Shown: positions 35,935-44,984 of the stretch, in pieces
Position numbering within the stretch: position 1 is the first letter of the stretch
Layout of the letters: each line of letters opens with the position of its first letter
Assembly (NCBI GenBank): GCA_903859365.1
Contig: CAIOMD010000013.1
Location: 1,081 to 65,080, forward strand
Length of the DNA stretch: 64,000 nucleotides
DNA from: an uncultured Candidatus Saccharibacteria bacterium
GTDB lineage: Bacteria; Patescibacteriota; Saccharimonadia; Saccharimonadales; CAIOMD01
Direction of reading: 5' to 3'
Notes under the pieces: model-generated
The model's database searches: none
What the model saw: only the letters and a program-made list of their open reading frames with translations
Told to the model about the DNA's origin: nothing
Position numbers and translations under genes: made by a program

Positions 35935-36615
35935 CTACGGAAAATGTATAAATAACATTGGGCCCAGGAATGAATCATCCGCTGAAAGTGTCATCTCGCT
36001 CCACTCACCCCATTGACCGTTTACGGGCCAGTTATATTGGCTTACAGTGACATCCCTTCCATTAACGGCTTCAACATACATCGCATGCCCATTCTCACTA
36101 CTGTATGCTATTGCAATATCCCCTTTTAATGGATTACGCTCTACAGATATATTATTCAGTAAAGCATTCATCGGCCATTGATTGGCATTTCCGAAACCAC
36201 CCCAGTTTGGCATCGTTCTACCCGATTGAGCAACCTTAAAGGCAGCATAACTAACACATTCCCTGTTATACATCCCCCATGGATCAACGAGTGAATCTTT
36301 GGGTGCTTTAGCTAATACAAATGGGTAACGATTGGCGGATTCATTTATGATCAAATTATGTTGGGAATTCATGAGACTAGAAATTGCGTTCATTATCATG
36401 AATGTGCTCTGCTCGAAATACCCAAATTTAGATTTGTATTGCAAATTTGACCATTGATCAAAGTTATATAAAGCAGTGCGACTCAACAGCACATCATAAT
36501 AGGTATCTACATGCCTATTCGGCTGGAGAAAAAAATTAGAAAAAACGTACAGTTGAAAGATGATAAGCAACCCTACATAGGCTAGAATAATTTTGCTTTC
36601 GAGGATACGTTTCAT
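35935..36615 (-). CDS. Membrane-anchored CHAP-domain peptidoglycan hydrolase (no coiled coil)
   Basis: N-terminal TM. CHAP Cys in NRECVSYAAF and His in GHAMYVEAV. The C-terminal ~125 aa are nearly identical to those of the next gene. Confidence 0.8.
   Translation of the reverse strand: MKRILESKIILAYVGLLIIFQLYVFSNFFLQPNRHVDTYYDVLLSRTALYNFDQWSNLQYKSKFGYFEQSTFMIMNAISSLMNSQHNLIINESANRYPFVLAKAPKDSLVDPWGMYNRECVSYAAFKVAQSGRTMPNWGGFGNANQWPMNALLNNISVERNPLKGDIAIAYSSENGHAMYVEAVNGRDVTVSQYNWPVNGQWGEWSEMTLSADDSFLGPMLFIHFP
35977..36091. repeat. 115-bp block identical to 36694-36808
   Basis: Exact nucleotide identity at a constant 717-bp offset. A second block, 36208-36285, matches 36925-37002 with 1 mismatch. 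Confidence 0.9.
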
Positions 36616-36651
36616 TATCTCTGCACCTTTAATAAGTATAGAAACTTTACA

Positions 36652-37794
36652 TTATGGGAAGTGAATGAAATACATTGGGCCTAGGCCTGAGTTATCCGCT
36701 GAAAGTGTCATCTCGCTCCACTCACCCCATTGACCGTTTACGGGCCAGTTATATTGGCTTACAGTGACATCCCTTCCATTAACGGCTTCAACATACATCG
36801 CATGCCCAAACGGCGCATTATAAGTAATTGCGACATCACCGACTTGAGGGTTCCTGTCAACTGGAATACCATCAGCTCTTGCATCATCAGGCCATTGCTG
36901 GGCATTACCGACACCTCCCCAATATGGCATCGTTCTACCCGATTGAGCAACCTTAAAGGCAGCATAGCTAACACATTCCCTGTTATACATCCCCCATGGA
37001 TCGGTAAGAGAATCTTGTGGGGCACTCGAAAGATACGCTGGATAGCCGCCATTAGAGCCATCACTGCTAATAAGGACCGTACCAGATGCGGCCATTTGGG
37101 CTGCAATAGCCCCGAGGACTTGCTGCTCCTGTGCTCTTAAATCTGCAAGCCGCTGCTGGTAGGATGACTCTTGGCCTTGCGTTGATGCAAGCAAAGAAGA
37201 AACTTGATTTTGACTCGTTTGAAGCTGCTGCTGTTGAGCGGTTTGCTGTGCTAGAAATTTCTTCTGATCATCCTGCTGACTTTGAATCTGAGCTTTAAGC
37301 TGCACAATTTTCTGCACCGAACTCGTGATATCGTCTTTAAGATTTTGTAAATATGTCTGGCTATCAACAAATTTCGTAAAACTATCGCTTCCGATTAACA
37401 ATTCAACCGTTGAGGCTCCGGCATTTTTATAAAGCATATTTACGCTTGCCTGAAGTACTATTTTTTGTTTATCTAAATTTAACTGCGCTTGATCTAAGCT
37501 TGCCTGTAAAGAAGAAATCTTATTTTTTGTTTCACTAATTTGATTTTGCATTACCGCTATCTGGGCATTCATAAAAGCAACTTGGCCCTGAAGTGTGTTA
37601 GCCTTGTCTGTAAGTCCTTGAAGTTGCTGATTACTATCATTGATTGCTGCAACAATAGTTGCATTTTGGGCGCGTAAATCACTAAGCTTGCTGGCTGATG
37701 AGTTTGTCTGTGGCAATAAAAGTGCTGCTACTATAATCACAATAGCGAAGCTGCTCAAAATAATTTTTTTAGTAGTTTTTTTTCTTTTATTCAT
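36652..37794 (-). CDS. PcsB-like secreted hydrolase: long Gln-rich coiled coil plus C-terminal CHAP domain
   Basis: Signal/TM segment, ~230 aa of heptad-like Q/L-rich sequence, then the same CHAP motifs as 35935-36615. It lies directly downstream of ftsEX. Confidence 0.8.
   Translation of the reverse strand: MNKRKKTTKKIILSSFAIVIIVAALLLPQTNSSASKLSDLRAQNATIVAAINDSNQQLQGLTDKANTLQGQVAFMNAQIAVMQNQISETKNKISSLQASLDQAQLNLDKQKIVLQASVNMLYKNAGASTVELLIGSDSFTKFVDSQTYLQNLKDDITSSVQKIVQLKAQIQSQQDDQKKFLAQQTAQQQQLQTSQNQVSSLLASTQGQESSYQQRLADLRAQEQQVLGAIAAQMAASGTVLISSDGSNGGYPAYLSSAPQDSLTDPWGMYNRECVSYAAFKVAQSGRTMPYWGGVGNAQQWPDDARADGIPVDRNPQVGDVAITYNAPFGHAMYVEAVNGRDVTVSQYNWPVNGQWGEWSEMTLSADNSGLGPMYFIHFP
36694..36808. 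repeat. 115-bp block identical to 35977-36091
   Basis: See the paired copy at 35977-36091. Confidence 0.9.
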
Positions 37795-37832
37795 GACTTA
37801 GGCTTAGCCAGATCTTTATTAGTTACATTTAC

Positions 37833-37861
37833 ATCTTAGCAAACATAACCACTTCGGTCAA
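37833..37861 (-). promoter_or_regulatory. Sigma-70-type promoter for the PcsB-like gene
   Basis: On the minus strand: TTGACC (37861-37856), 17-nt spacer, TAAGAT (37838-37833). Confidence 0.45.
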
Positions 37862-37871
37862 TTAGCGCTCC

Positions 37872-38810
37872 CTACCAAGTCTTAAGCCGTAGATGTTTTT
37901 TCATCGCAAGCAAACTCGAGAATACACCAACCACGATTCCTACAACTATTAAGCCGATAATCATGGCGGCTATAATTTTGGCACTAGTGAAATAGTGGTA
38001 GGTTTTAGTGAATTCGGCTTGATTCGAAATCTTCTCACCTAATGAAAATATACCTGCCAAAACTATACCACTCGAAATTAACCCCGCTATTAGCCCATAC
38101 ATACTCGCCTCTACTAAGAAAGGACCTCTTATAAAAGTGGGTGTTGCACCTATCAATTTCATAATTTTAATTTCATCAGCTCGAGTAAAAATAGCCATCC
38201 TAATAGTGTTGAAAATAATAAGCATACTTACTAGGCCAAAAATAATTGCCATAACGACGCTCGCAACTGTTATAAAATGTTGAGCAGACGCCGCACGAGC
38301 AATAGTCTTCTTAACGTCTGTCTTTCCAATTGTAACGCTATCTACTATGCCACTATATTTAGCTTCATTAGGAACAGCTCCAACCTGATTTATTTGTCCT
38401 AAATCTGTAAGACTAACCTCAAGTGATGCAGGTAGTGTATTTGTTCCAAGAATCTGAAGACCTGCAACTAAGGTTGGATCGGATTGAAAAGTTTGGTCGA
38501 ATTGTTTTTGTGCGTCTGATTTCGATACAAAAGTGACTGATGCTACGGCTTTATTTGATTTAAGATCTTGAGTTAATTGATTGATCATATTCTGACTGGC
38601 GCTATCTTTTAAATAAATTGAGATTTGAAGATTTTTCGACAATTCAGAAATGGCGTTTTTAGCCGTTACATTTAATACCACTGCTGATGCGATGATTGTT
38701 AGTGATACAACCATCACGGCAGTAGCAGCAACAGTAAGCCAAGAATTTCTGAAAAAATTCTTCATTCCAGAAACGGTAACTCGCCTTAATCCGGTCAATC
38801 TCCTACCCAT
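37872..38810 (-). CDS. ftsX: Cell division permease-like protein FtsX
   Basis: TM1, a large external loop, then three C-terminal TM segments. Abuts the ftsE stop. Confidence 0.85.
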   Translation of the reverse strand: MGRRLTGLRRVTVSGMKNFFRNSWLTVAATAVMVVSLTIIASAVVLNVTAKNAISELSKNLQISIYLKDSASQNMINQLTQDLKSNKAVASVTFVSKSDAQKQFDQTFQSDPTLVAGLQILGTNTLPASLEVSLTDLGQINQVGAVPNEAKYSGIVDSVTIGKTDVKKTIARAASAQHFITVASVVMAIIFGLVSMLIIFNTIRMAIFTRADEIKIMKLIGATPTFIRGPFLVEASMYGLIAGLISSGIVLAGIFSLGEKISNQAEFTKTYHYFTSAKIIAAMIIGLIVVGIVVGVFSSLLAMKKHLRLKTW

Positions 38811-39487
38811 TATTTGTATTTCCCTCCCGCTTTATCACTCACCACCTGTCCATCACGTATGGTAATAACTCTTCGTTTGAGTTTATTTACAATTTCTTGA
38901 TTGTGGGTAGTTAGAATAACAGTAGTTCCGTACTTATTGATTTTTTCGAGCACACGAATAACATCCCACGCGTGATCGGCATCCAGATTACCCGTCGGTT
39001 CATCTGCAATAAGAATTTTTGGTTGTCTTGCAATTGCACGGGCAATAGCAACCCGTTGACGCTCACCACCTGAAAGTTCTGAAGGATAACTTAATTCTTT
39101 GCCCGTTAAACCGACTATATCCAAAACCTTAGGGATAGTTCGAGCTATTTCTTTATTCCCCATCCCAACAACTTCAAGGGCAAATGAAACATTTTCATAA
39201 ACATTTTTATTAGCAAGCAACTTGAAATCCTGGAATACTACGCCTATTTTTCGTCTTAGTAGAGGGATCTTTCTATCTTTTAAAGTTTCATAATCAATTC
39301 CACCAACAATAATCTTGCCGGATGTTGGTTTCTCTTCTCTCGTTAAAAGTTTTAGAAGCGTCGATTTACCGGCTCCACTTGGGCCAACAATTATTACAAA
39401 TTCCTTTGGCTCAACGTGCAGTGAAATACTTTTAAGCGCAGTGCCTCTTTTATTATAATTTTTTGTTACACGGTCTAATAAAATCAT
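38810..39487 (-). CDS. ftsE: Cell division ATP-binding protein FtsE
   Basis: GPSGAGKSTLL, LSGGERQRVAIARA, ILIADEPTGNLD. Confidence 0.9.
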   Translation of the reverse strand: MILLDRVTKNYNKRGTALKSISLHVEPKEFVIIVGPSGAGKSTLLKLLTREEKPTSGKIIVGGIDYETLKDRKIPLLRRKIGVVFQDFKLLANKNVYENVSFALEVVGMGNKEIARTIPKVLDIVGLTGKELSYPSELSGGERQRVAIARAIARQPKILIADEPTGNLDADHAWDVIRVLEKINKYGTTVILTTHNQEIVNKLKRRVITIRDGQVVSDKAGGKYK

Positions 39488-39540
39488 TCTGCTTTTGATT
39501 ATATCAAAAGATACGGATAATTGAGCACCTTAGAAGTTTT

Positions 39541-40623
39541 CTACTCAGCAGATATTAAAGTTGATTTTAAGTAAGCATCAATAAATGGGTCGATTTTTCC
39601 ATTGAGAACCTCATCTGGATTGCTTGATTCATATTTCGTACGTGTATCCTTAACTTGTTTATATGGATGAAGAACATAATTACGAATTTGATTACCCCAC
39701 TCCGCGGACAAATTTGGTCCTTTAATATTAGATAATTTTTCTTGATGTTGCTCAATTTTCAATTGTAAAAGTTGTGACTTCAAAATTTTAAGGGCAGTTT
39801 CCTTGTTTTGTAATTGTGAACGCTCATTTTGAATCGCAACCGTGATACCCGTTGGAATATGAGTAATTCTTACTGCGCTATCTGTAGTGTTAACACTTTG
39901 ACCTCCATGCCCCCCGGCACGGTAAACATCAATTTTGAGAGTTTTCTCATCAAGTTCCAACTCGTTCTCATTTTCTATTTGGGGCACTATCTGCACCTTG
40001 GCAAAACTTGTTTGCCTAAGATTATCCGAATTAAATGGGCTAAGTCTTACGAGTCTATGCACTCCAGCTTCACCCTTTAGAAGACCATATACATGATCTC
40101 CCTCGATCGACATAGTAACTGTTTTTATTCCTGCTTCTTCACCATTTGATTGATCGATGATAGATAATTTAAACTTTTTATCTTCAGCCCATCTACTATA
40201 CATTCTGAAAATTATTTGTGCCCAGTCTTGCGCATCAGTACCGCCGGCGCCAGCGTATATGCTCATCAAAACATCATGATTGTCGTAAGCGCCCGTAAAC
40301 AATAAATCTTTTTGTAGAATTTCAAAATTTTTTATCAGTGTATCTAATAATGCAATAATCTCAGATTGCAATGAAGTATCATTCAACTCTAAGAGATTAC
40401 TCAATTCTTCAATTTCTGTTTTTAGTTTAATCCACGGGTTAATCTCATGCTGCAATTTTGATATTTTTTTTGATTTGGCTTGTGCCATTACAGTATCATC
40501 CCAGTAATCTGCAAGCTCTCTCTCCCCGAGCAAGTTATTCAAAGTTTCTTTCTTTGCGTCAATACCCAACTGACTATATGCGTGATTAAAATCATTTTGC
40601 AAAATAAGAAGTTTGTTATTCAT
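39541..40623 (-). CDS. prfB: Peptide chain release factor 2 (single uninterrupted ORF)
   Basis: SPF motif (RLSPFNS) and GGQ (GGHGGQSVN). The N-terminus is contiguous, with no in-frame TGA frameshift site. Confidence 0.95.
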   Translation of the reverse strand: MNNKLLILQNDFNHAYSQLGIDAKKETLNNLLGERELADYWDDTVMAQAKSKKISKLQHEINPWIKLKTEIEELSNLLELNDTSLQSEIIALLDTLIKNFEILQKDLLFTGAYDNHDVLMSIYAGAGGTDAQDWAQIIFRMYSRWAEDKKFKLSIIDQSNGEEAGIKTVTMSIEGDHVYGLLKGEAGVHRLVRLSPFNSDNLRQTSFAKVQIVPQIENENELELDEKTLKIDVYRAGGHGGQSVNTTDSAVRITHIPTGITVAIQNERSQLQNKETALKILKSQLLQLKIEQHQEKLSNIKGPNLSAEWGNQIRNYVLHPYKQVKDTRTKYESSNPDEVLNGKIDPFIDAYLKSTLISAE

Positions 40624-40645
40624 GTTAGTTAGTTATTTTCTGCCA

Positions 40646-41932
40646 TTAATGGTACATGCTGTCGAATTTGGCATACAATTTGTTCGCCTCGACTTCATTA
40701 ATATTCCCGTAAAAAGCGAGGATCCATATAGCATCTTTTCTTAAAAATTTAGCTGCAATATCAATAATTGCTTCTCGAGTAATATTTTTTATCCTAGCCG
40801 GTAATTCATCAAAATTTTCAATTCTATTTTCGTACAGGAATGGGCTAGCGTAAGCATCGAGTATCGACCAAGCCGTTTGATATCTTCTTTGCATGTCGCC
40901 AAGAAGCGTTGACTTAGCTTCATCTAATTCTTTTTCGGTAAATTCTCCGTTTGCCATTTTTTTTAATTCTTGAGTGATTATACTGAAAAGTTCGTTAATG
41001 TTCGGGACTGAAACCTCGCCCGATATAGAAAAAAATTGATTATCTTTACTAAAATATGTGCTGTAATCAATTCCATATACCAACCCTTTTTCCCTCGCTT
41101 TGCCATATATCCTTGAGTGCATTGTCCCTAATAAAATAATACCAAGCGCGCTAAAGGCCTGTGCTTCCTGGGGGCTGAATCTTGTCTCTATCGCCGAATC
41201 CCAGCGATAAAAAATATTTTCTACGCTCGTATCGCTTACTACAACTGACTTTTTAGGCGAATGTATGGGTTCGCTAATCAAAGGAATTATTCCAGTTCCT
41301 TTCGATAGTGTCGTTGCATTAAGTCGTTTGATAAAGTTCTTTTCTCTGTTTTTAATTGCACCGGAAATTATAAATCTCATGTTTGTTGCAGTGTGAGTAG
41401 TAACGTAATGTTTTTTGATGTCCGAAAGCTGAATCTTATCTAATTCCTTGAGTCGTTTTCGGTATGGCATTTCAATAAGCCCCATCTTCTCACCCGAAAT
41501 TAGACTTAATTCAATACCGTGATCATTCATCCTGCTCATTAATTCTTCTCTGACATTTTCCTTTTCTGTCTTGAATTCTTTTTCCAAAAATAATGGCTCT
41601 TCAATAGCAAGTAACAATAAGTCGATAATTCTTTCCGCCTCAAAGTCAGCACATTCTGCAACATAGGTCATATGGTAAGAGCCGGTTGAAGCATTTTGGT
41701 AGGCCCCATTCTTAACAAACTCTTTGCTGTAATCAGAAGCTGTTTTAAATTTTTTATTTGCTCCAAGAGCAATATGTTCCATCAAATGCGCGGTATCCAT
41801 CTTACCCTTAGGAGATAAATAATCACCTGCTCTAAAAGTAAATTCGAAACAAACAACACTTGAATCAGGAACATCAATGAGCAGTCCTTGCGCTCCATTA
41901 TCTAACTCTACGCTTTTTGCGAACTGCTTCAT
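40646..41932 (-). CDS. M16-family (insulinase-like) zinc peptidase
   Basis: Inverted zinc motif HLMEH near the N-terminus. 428 aa, with a two-lobed length. Confidence 0.8.
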   Translation of the reverse strand: MKQFAKSVELDNGAQGLLIDVPDSSVVCFEFTFRAGDYLSPKGKMDTAHLMEHIALGANKKFKTASDYSKEFVKNGAYQNASTGSYHMTYVAECADFEAERIIDLLLLAIEEPLFLEKEFKTEKENVREELMSRMNDHGIELSLISGEKMGLIEMPYRKRLKELDKIQLSDIKKHYVTTHTATNMRFIISGAIKNREKNFIKRLNATTLSKGTGIIPLISEPIHSPKKSVVVSDTSVENIFYRWDSAIETRFSPQEAQAFSALGIILLGTMHSRIYGKAREKGLVYGIDYSTYFSKDNQFFSISGEVSVPNINELFSIITQELKKMANGEFTEKELDEAKSTLLGDMQRRYQTAWSILDAYASPFLYENRIENFDELPARIKNITREAIIDIAAKFLRKDAIWILAFYGNINEVEANKLYAKFDSMYH

Positions 41933-41937
41933 TTTTT

Positions 41938-44520
41938 TTATCGCCTATTCTTTTTTCTGTTTTGTCGCTGCGCTTTTCGGGCATCCTTTTTCTTCTTAGT
42001 GCTACTACCCTTAAGGGTTGTTTTTTTAACATTAAATGAGTTCTCAGAAATTATTTCGGCTTCTGTTATATTTGCGGCATTATCTATCGAATTTTTTGCT
42101 GCTCGCGTCAACTCCGTATCATGCATATGATCTAAGTGCTCGGTCATAGGTACAGCATGCATGATATTCCTAAGCACTTCACGTCGTAATACATGCTGCA
42201 TAGCCTCAAACATTGCCTGACCGCGCCTTCTATATTCAACCAGTGGATCACGTTGCCCTACACTAGCCCAGTGAATACCCTCGCGAAGATGTTCCATATC
42301 TTCAAGGTGCTGCATCCAAAGATTATCTAATATTTGAAAATAAATATCCCTTTCAATTTCACGCATAAGATCAGGACTAAAAGTCATTTCTTTCGATTCA
42401 TAGAGTTCAAGCGCTTCCTGTTCTAAAACAGTTGAGAATTTATCTGCTTCAGCATCAAACAGTCTACTTAAGGTTTCTTCATCAAATGGAAATACTTCTG
42501 TAACTGTTTTTTCAAAATTTTTATCATTACCTAACAGTACGCTGAGTGATATAGATTCCTCTTTGATGAATTGCTTGATGCGGTCTGCGATGTTGGCATT
42601 TTCAAGAAGTGCACGTCTCGTCTCGTACGTAGCTTTACGATGTCTATTCATGACATCATCGTATTTAACGACATTTTTTCGAGAATCAAAGTTAAAACCT
42701 TCTACTTTTTTCTGGGCACCTTCAAGGCTCTTGCTTACGACACGATTTTCTAAAGGCATGTCTTCGTCAACCTTAAGTCTATCCATAAGATTGGCTATCT
42801 TTTCGCCACCAAAAATTCTCATTAAATCATCTTCTGTAGACACATAGAATTGGGTAATACCCGGATCTCCCTGCCGGCCAGATCGTCCACGAAGTTGGTT
42901 GTCGATTCGACGTGACTCATGCCGTTCAGATCCTATAACGAAAAGGCCACCTAGTTTTTTTGTTTCTTCATCTAGGACAATGTCAGTACCACGCCCTGCG
43001 ATATTTGTAGCGAGCGTAACTGCACCTTTTTGCCCAGCTTTTGCAACAATTGCTGCTTCACGTTCGTTATTCTTAGCATTAAGAACTTGGTGCGGTATTT
43101 TTGCCTTGTTCAGTGCTGCACCGAGTTCCTCATTATTTTCAATTGAAACAGTACCAATGAGCACCGGCTGTCCTTTTTCATGAAGCTCCTTGACTGCCTT
43201 AGCAATTGCGCGAGTTTTGGCAGCCTTTGTTTTATAAATTCTATCGGGAAGATCTTTTCTTCTTTGTGCCTGATTTGTTGGAATTTCGATAACGTTAAGT
43301 TTGTAAATTTGATGAAATTCTTCGCTTTCTGTCAATGCGGTTCCTGTCATACCAGAAAGTTTTTCATATAATCTAAAGTAATTTTGGAAACTAATAGTAG
43401 CCAGAGTCATTGATTCTTGTTGTACGGCAACACTTTCTTTGGCTTCAATCGCTTGGTGAAGGCCTTCATTGTATCTCCGACCTTTTAGGAGTCTTCCAGT
43501 AAACTCATCGACTATAACTACTTCGCCATCTGAGGTTACTACATAATCTTTGTCTCGGATAAAGAGCGTTTGAGCTCGAAGAGCTTGCTCTAGGTGATAT
43601 ATAGTTCTAATATTCCCCTCTTCGTAAAGATTTTTAACACCCATCAATTTTTCAACTTTTTCAACACCCTCGTCATTAAGTGAAACTCTCTTTTCTTTTT
43701 CATCTACCGTGTAATGCTCTGGCTTTAACTGGCTAACCACTCGTGCAAACTGAGTATATGCTTGTCCACTTGAAGTACTGGGAGCACTTATGATCAGTGG
43801 GGTTCTGGCCTCGTCAATAAGAATAGAGTCGACTTCGTCAACAATTGCGAAATGTAATTTTCTTTGACGCAGCTGATCAACTTCACGAACCATATTGTCT
43901 CTCAAATAATCAAAGCCAAATTCATTATTAGTGCCATAAGTAATGTCGGCATTATATGCCTCTTGTCTCGAACAAGGGCGCAGATGGCGAAAGCGCTCAT
44001 CTGCATGATCTTTATTGGTATACGATGCGTCATAAACATATGAAGCATCAGGAATAATAACTCCTGTAGTTAAGCCAAGTGCATCATAGACCTGCCCCAT
44101 CCAACCCGCATCACGCTGGACGAGATATTCATTTACCGTAACAACATGAACCCCTTTTTCAGTAAGCGCATTGAGATATACAGGTGCAGTAGCAACCAAA
44201 GTTTTACCCTCACCAGTTTTCATTTCTGCAACGTTACCTTCATGAAGAGCCATGCCGCCTATCAGCTGAACATCGAAATGTCGTTGACCAAGATTGCGCC
44301 TTGCGGCTTCGCGTACTACCGCAAACGCGTCTGGCAAAATTTTATCCAATGATTCTTTTTCTAAACGTTTCTTCAAAACTTCTGTTTGTTTTTTCAAATC
44401 CGGATCTTTCATTTTTTTGTATTTGTTCTCAAGTGCATTAATATCATTAACACGCCGTCTTAAGCGTCTCATTAATGCATTCTGATTATCACCTAAAAGT
44501 GACTTAAAAAAATTTGCCAT
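41938..44520 (-). CDS. secA: Preprotein translocase ATPase SecA
   Basis: MKTGEGKTLVATAP, DEVDSILIDEARTPLIIS, TNIAGRGTDI. The C-terminal tail is basic and lacks the Cys-rich zinc motif. Confidence 0.97.
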   Translation of the reverse strand: MANFFKSLLGDNQNALMRRLRRRVNDINALENKYKKMKDPDLKKQTEVLKKRLEKESLDKILPDAFAVVREAARRNLGQRHFDVQLIGGMALHEGNVAEMKTGEGKTLVATAPVYLNALTEKGVHVVTVNEYLVQRDAGWMGQVYDALGLTTGVIIPDASYVYDASYTNKDHADERFRHLRPCSRQEAYNADITYGTNNEFGFDYLRDNMVREVDQLRQRKLHFAIVDEVDSILIDEARTPLIISAPSTSSGQAYTQFARVVSQLKPEHYTVDEKEKRVSLNDEGVEKVEKLMGVKNLYEEGNIRTIYHLEQALRAQTLFIRDKDYVVTSDGEVVIVDEFTGRLLKGRRYNEGLHQAIEAKESVAVQQESMTLATISFQNYFRLYEKLSGMTGTALTESEEFHQIYKLNVIEIPTNQAQRRKDLPDRIYKTKAAKTRAIAKAVKELHEKGQPVLIGTVSIENNEELGAALNKAKIPHQVLNAKNNEREAAIVAKAGQKGAVTLATNIAGRGTDIVLDEETKKLGGLFVIGSERHESRRIDNQLRGRSGRQGDPGITQFYVSTEDDLMRIFGGEKIANLMDRLKVDEDMPLENRVVSKSLEGAQKKVEGFNFDSRKNVVKYDDVMNRHRKATYETRRALLENANIADRIKQFIKEESISLSVLLGNDKNFEKTVTEVFPFDEETLSRLFDAEADKFSTVLEQEALELYESKEMTFSPDLMREIERDIYFQILDNLWMQHLEDMEHLREGIHWASVGQRDPLVEYRRRGQAMFEAMQHVLRREVLRNIMHAVPMTEHLDHMHDTELTRAAKNSIDNAANITEAEIISENSFNVKKTTLKGSSTKKKKDARKAQRQNRKKNRR

Positions 44521-44600
44521 TTGGTCTGATTCCCCTCGCTGATAATGTAGTCTATTGTAGCGCGCTTCACCGATGATGTCGATGTAAATTAATAGATAAC

Positions 44601-44984
44601 TTAACTTTTGTTATTTCTTCTGACAATTTTCCCCAAAAAAGTTCTAATCTTTTTTTCATTTTTTGAGTTATTATCGGAATTAAGAGATTTATATTTCCTA
44701 AGTTGCGATTTAATTTTTTGTTCAACAATATCGATAGCTGCATAAATATTCACTGTTGTTTCTTTAGCAGTAATAGTTTCTCCAGGAAGAAACATGACTA
44801 CTTCAGCTGTAGATTCTTTCTTATTTTTGGCGTGTTCTTCCTTGAGCCAAACTTCAAGATGGACACTTTCTCTTGCATGTCGGGGCATATACGTGTCAAG
44901 TTTGCCAAGTTTTTTCTCTACGTAGTCTCTGATATCCTCGGTTGCTTCTGTGTGCACTCCAGTTATTTCTAATTTTTTAATCAT
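44601..44984 (-). CDS. hpf: Ribosome hibernation promoting factor (HPF/RaiA family)
   Basis: MIKKLEITGVHTEATEDIRDYVEKKLGKL. Has the conserved hpf-secA neighbourhood. Confidence 0.85.
   Translation of the reverse strand: MIKKLEITGVHTEATEDIRDYVEKKLGKLDTYMPRHARESVHLEVWLKEEHAKNKKESTAEVVMFLPGETITAKETTVNIYAAIDIVEQKIKSQLRKYKSLNSDNNSKNEKKIRTFLGKIVRRNNKS

Noticed and set aside
39541-40623. Programmed +1 frameshift in prfB.
   Set aside because: The ORF is continuous from a plausible N-terminus, with no in-frame TGA or CTT-TGA-C type site.
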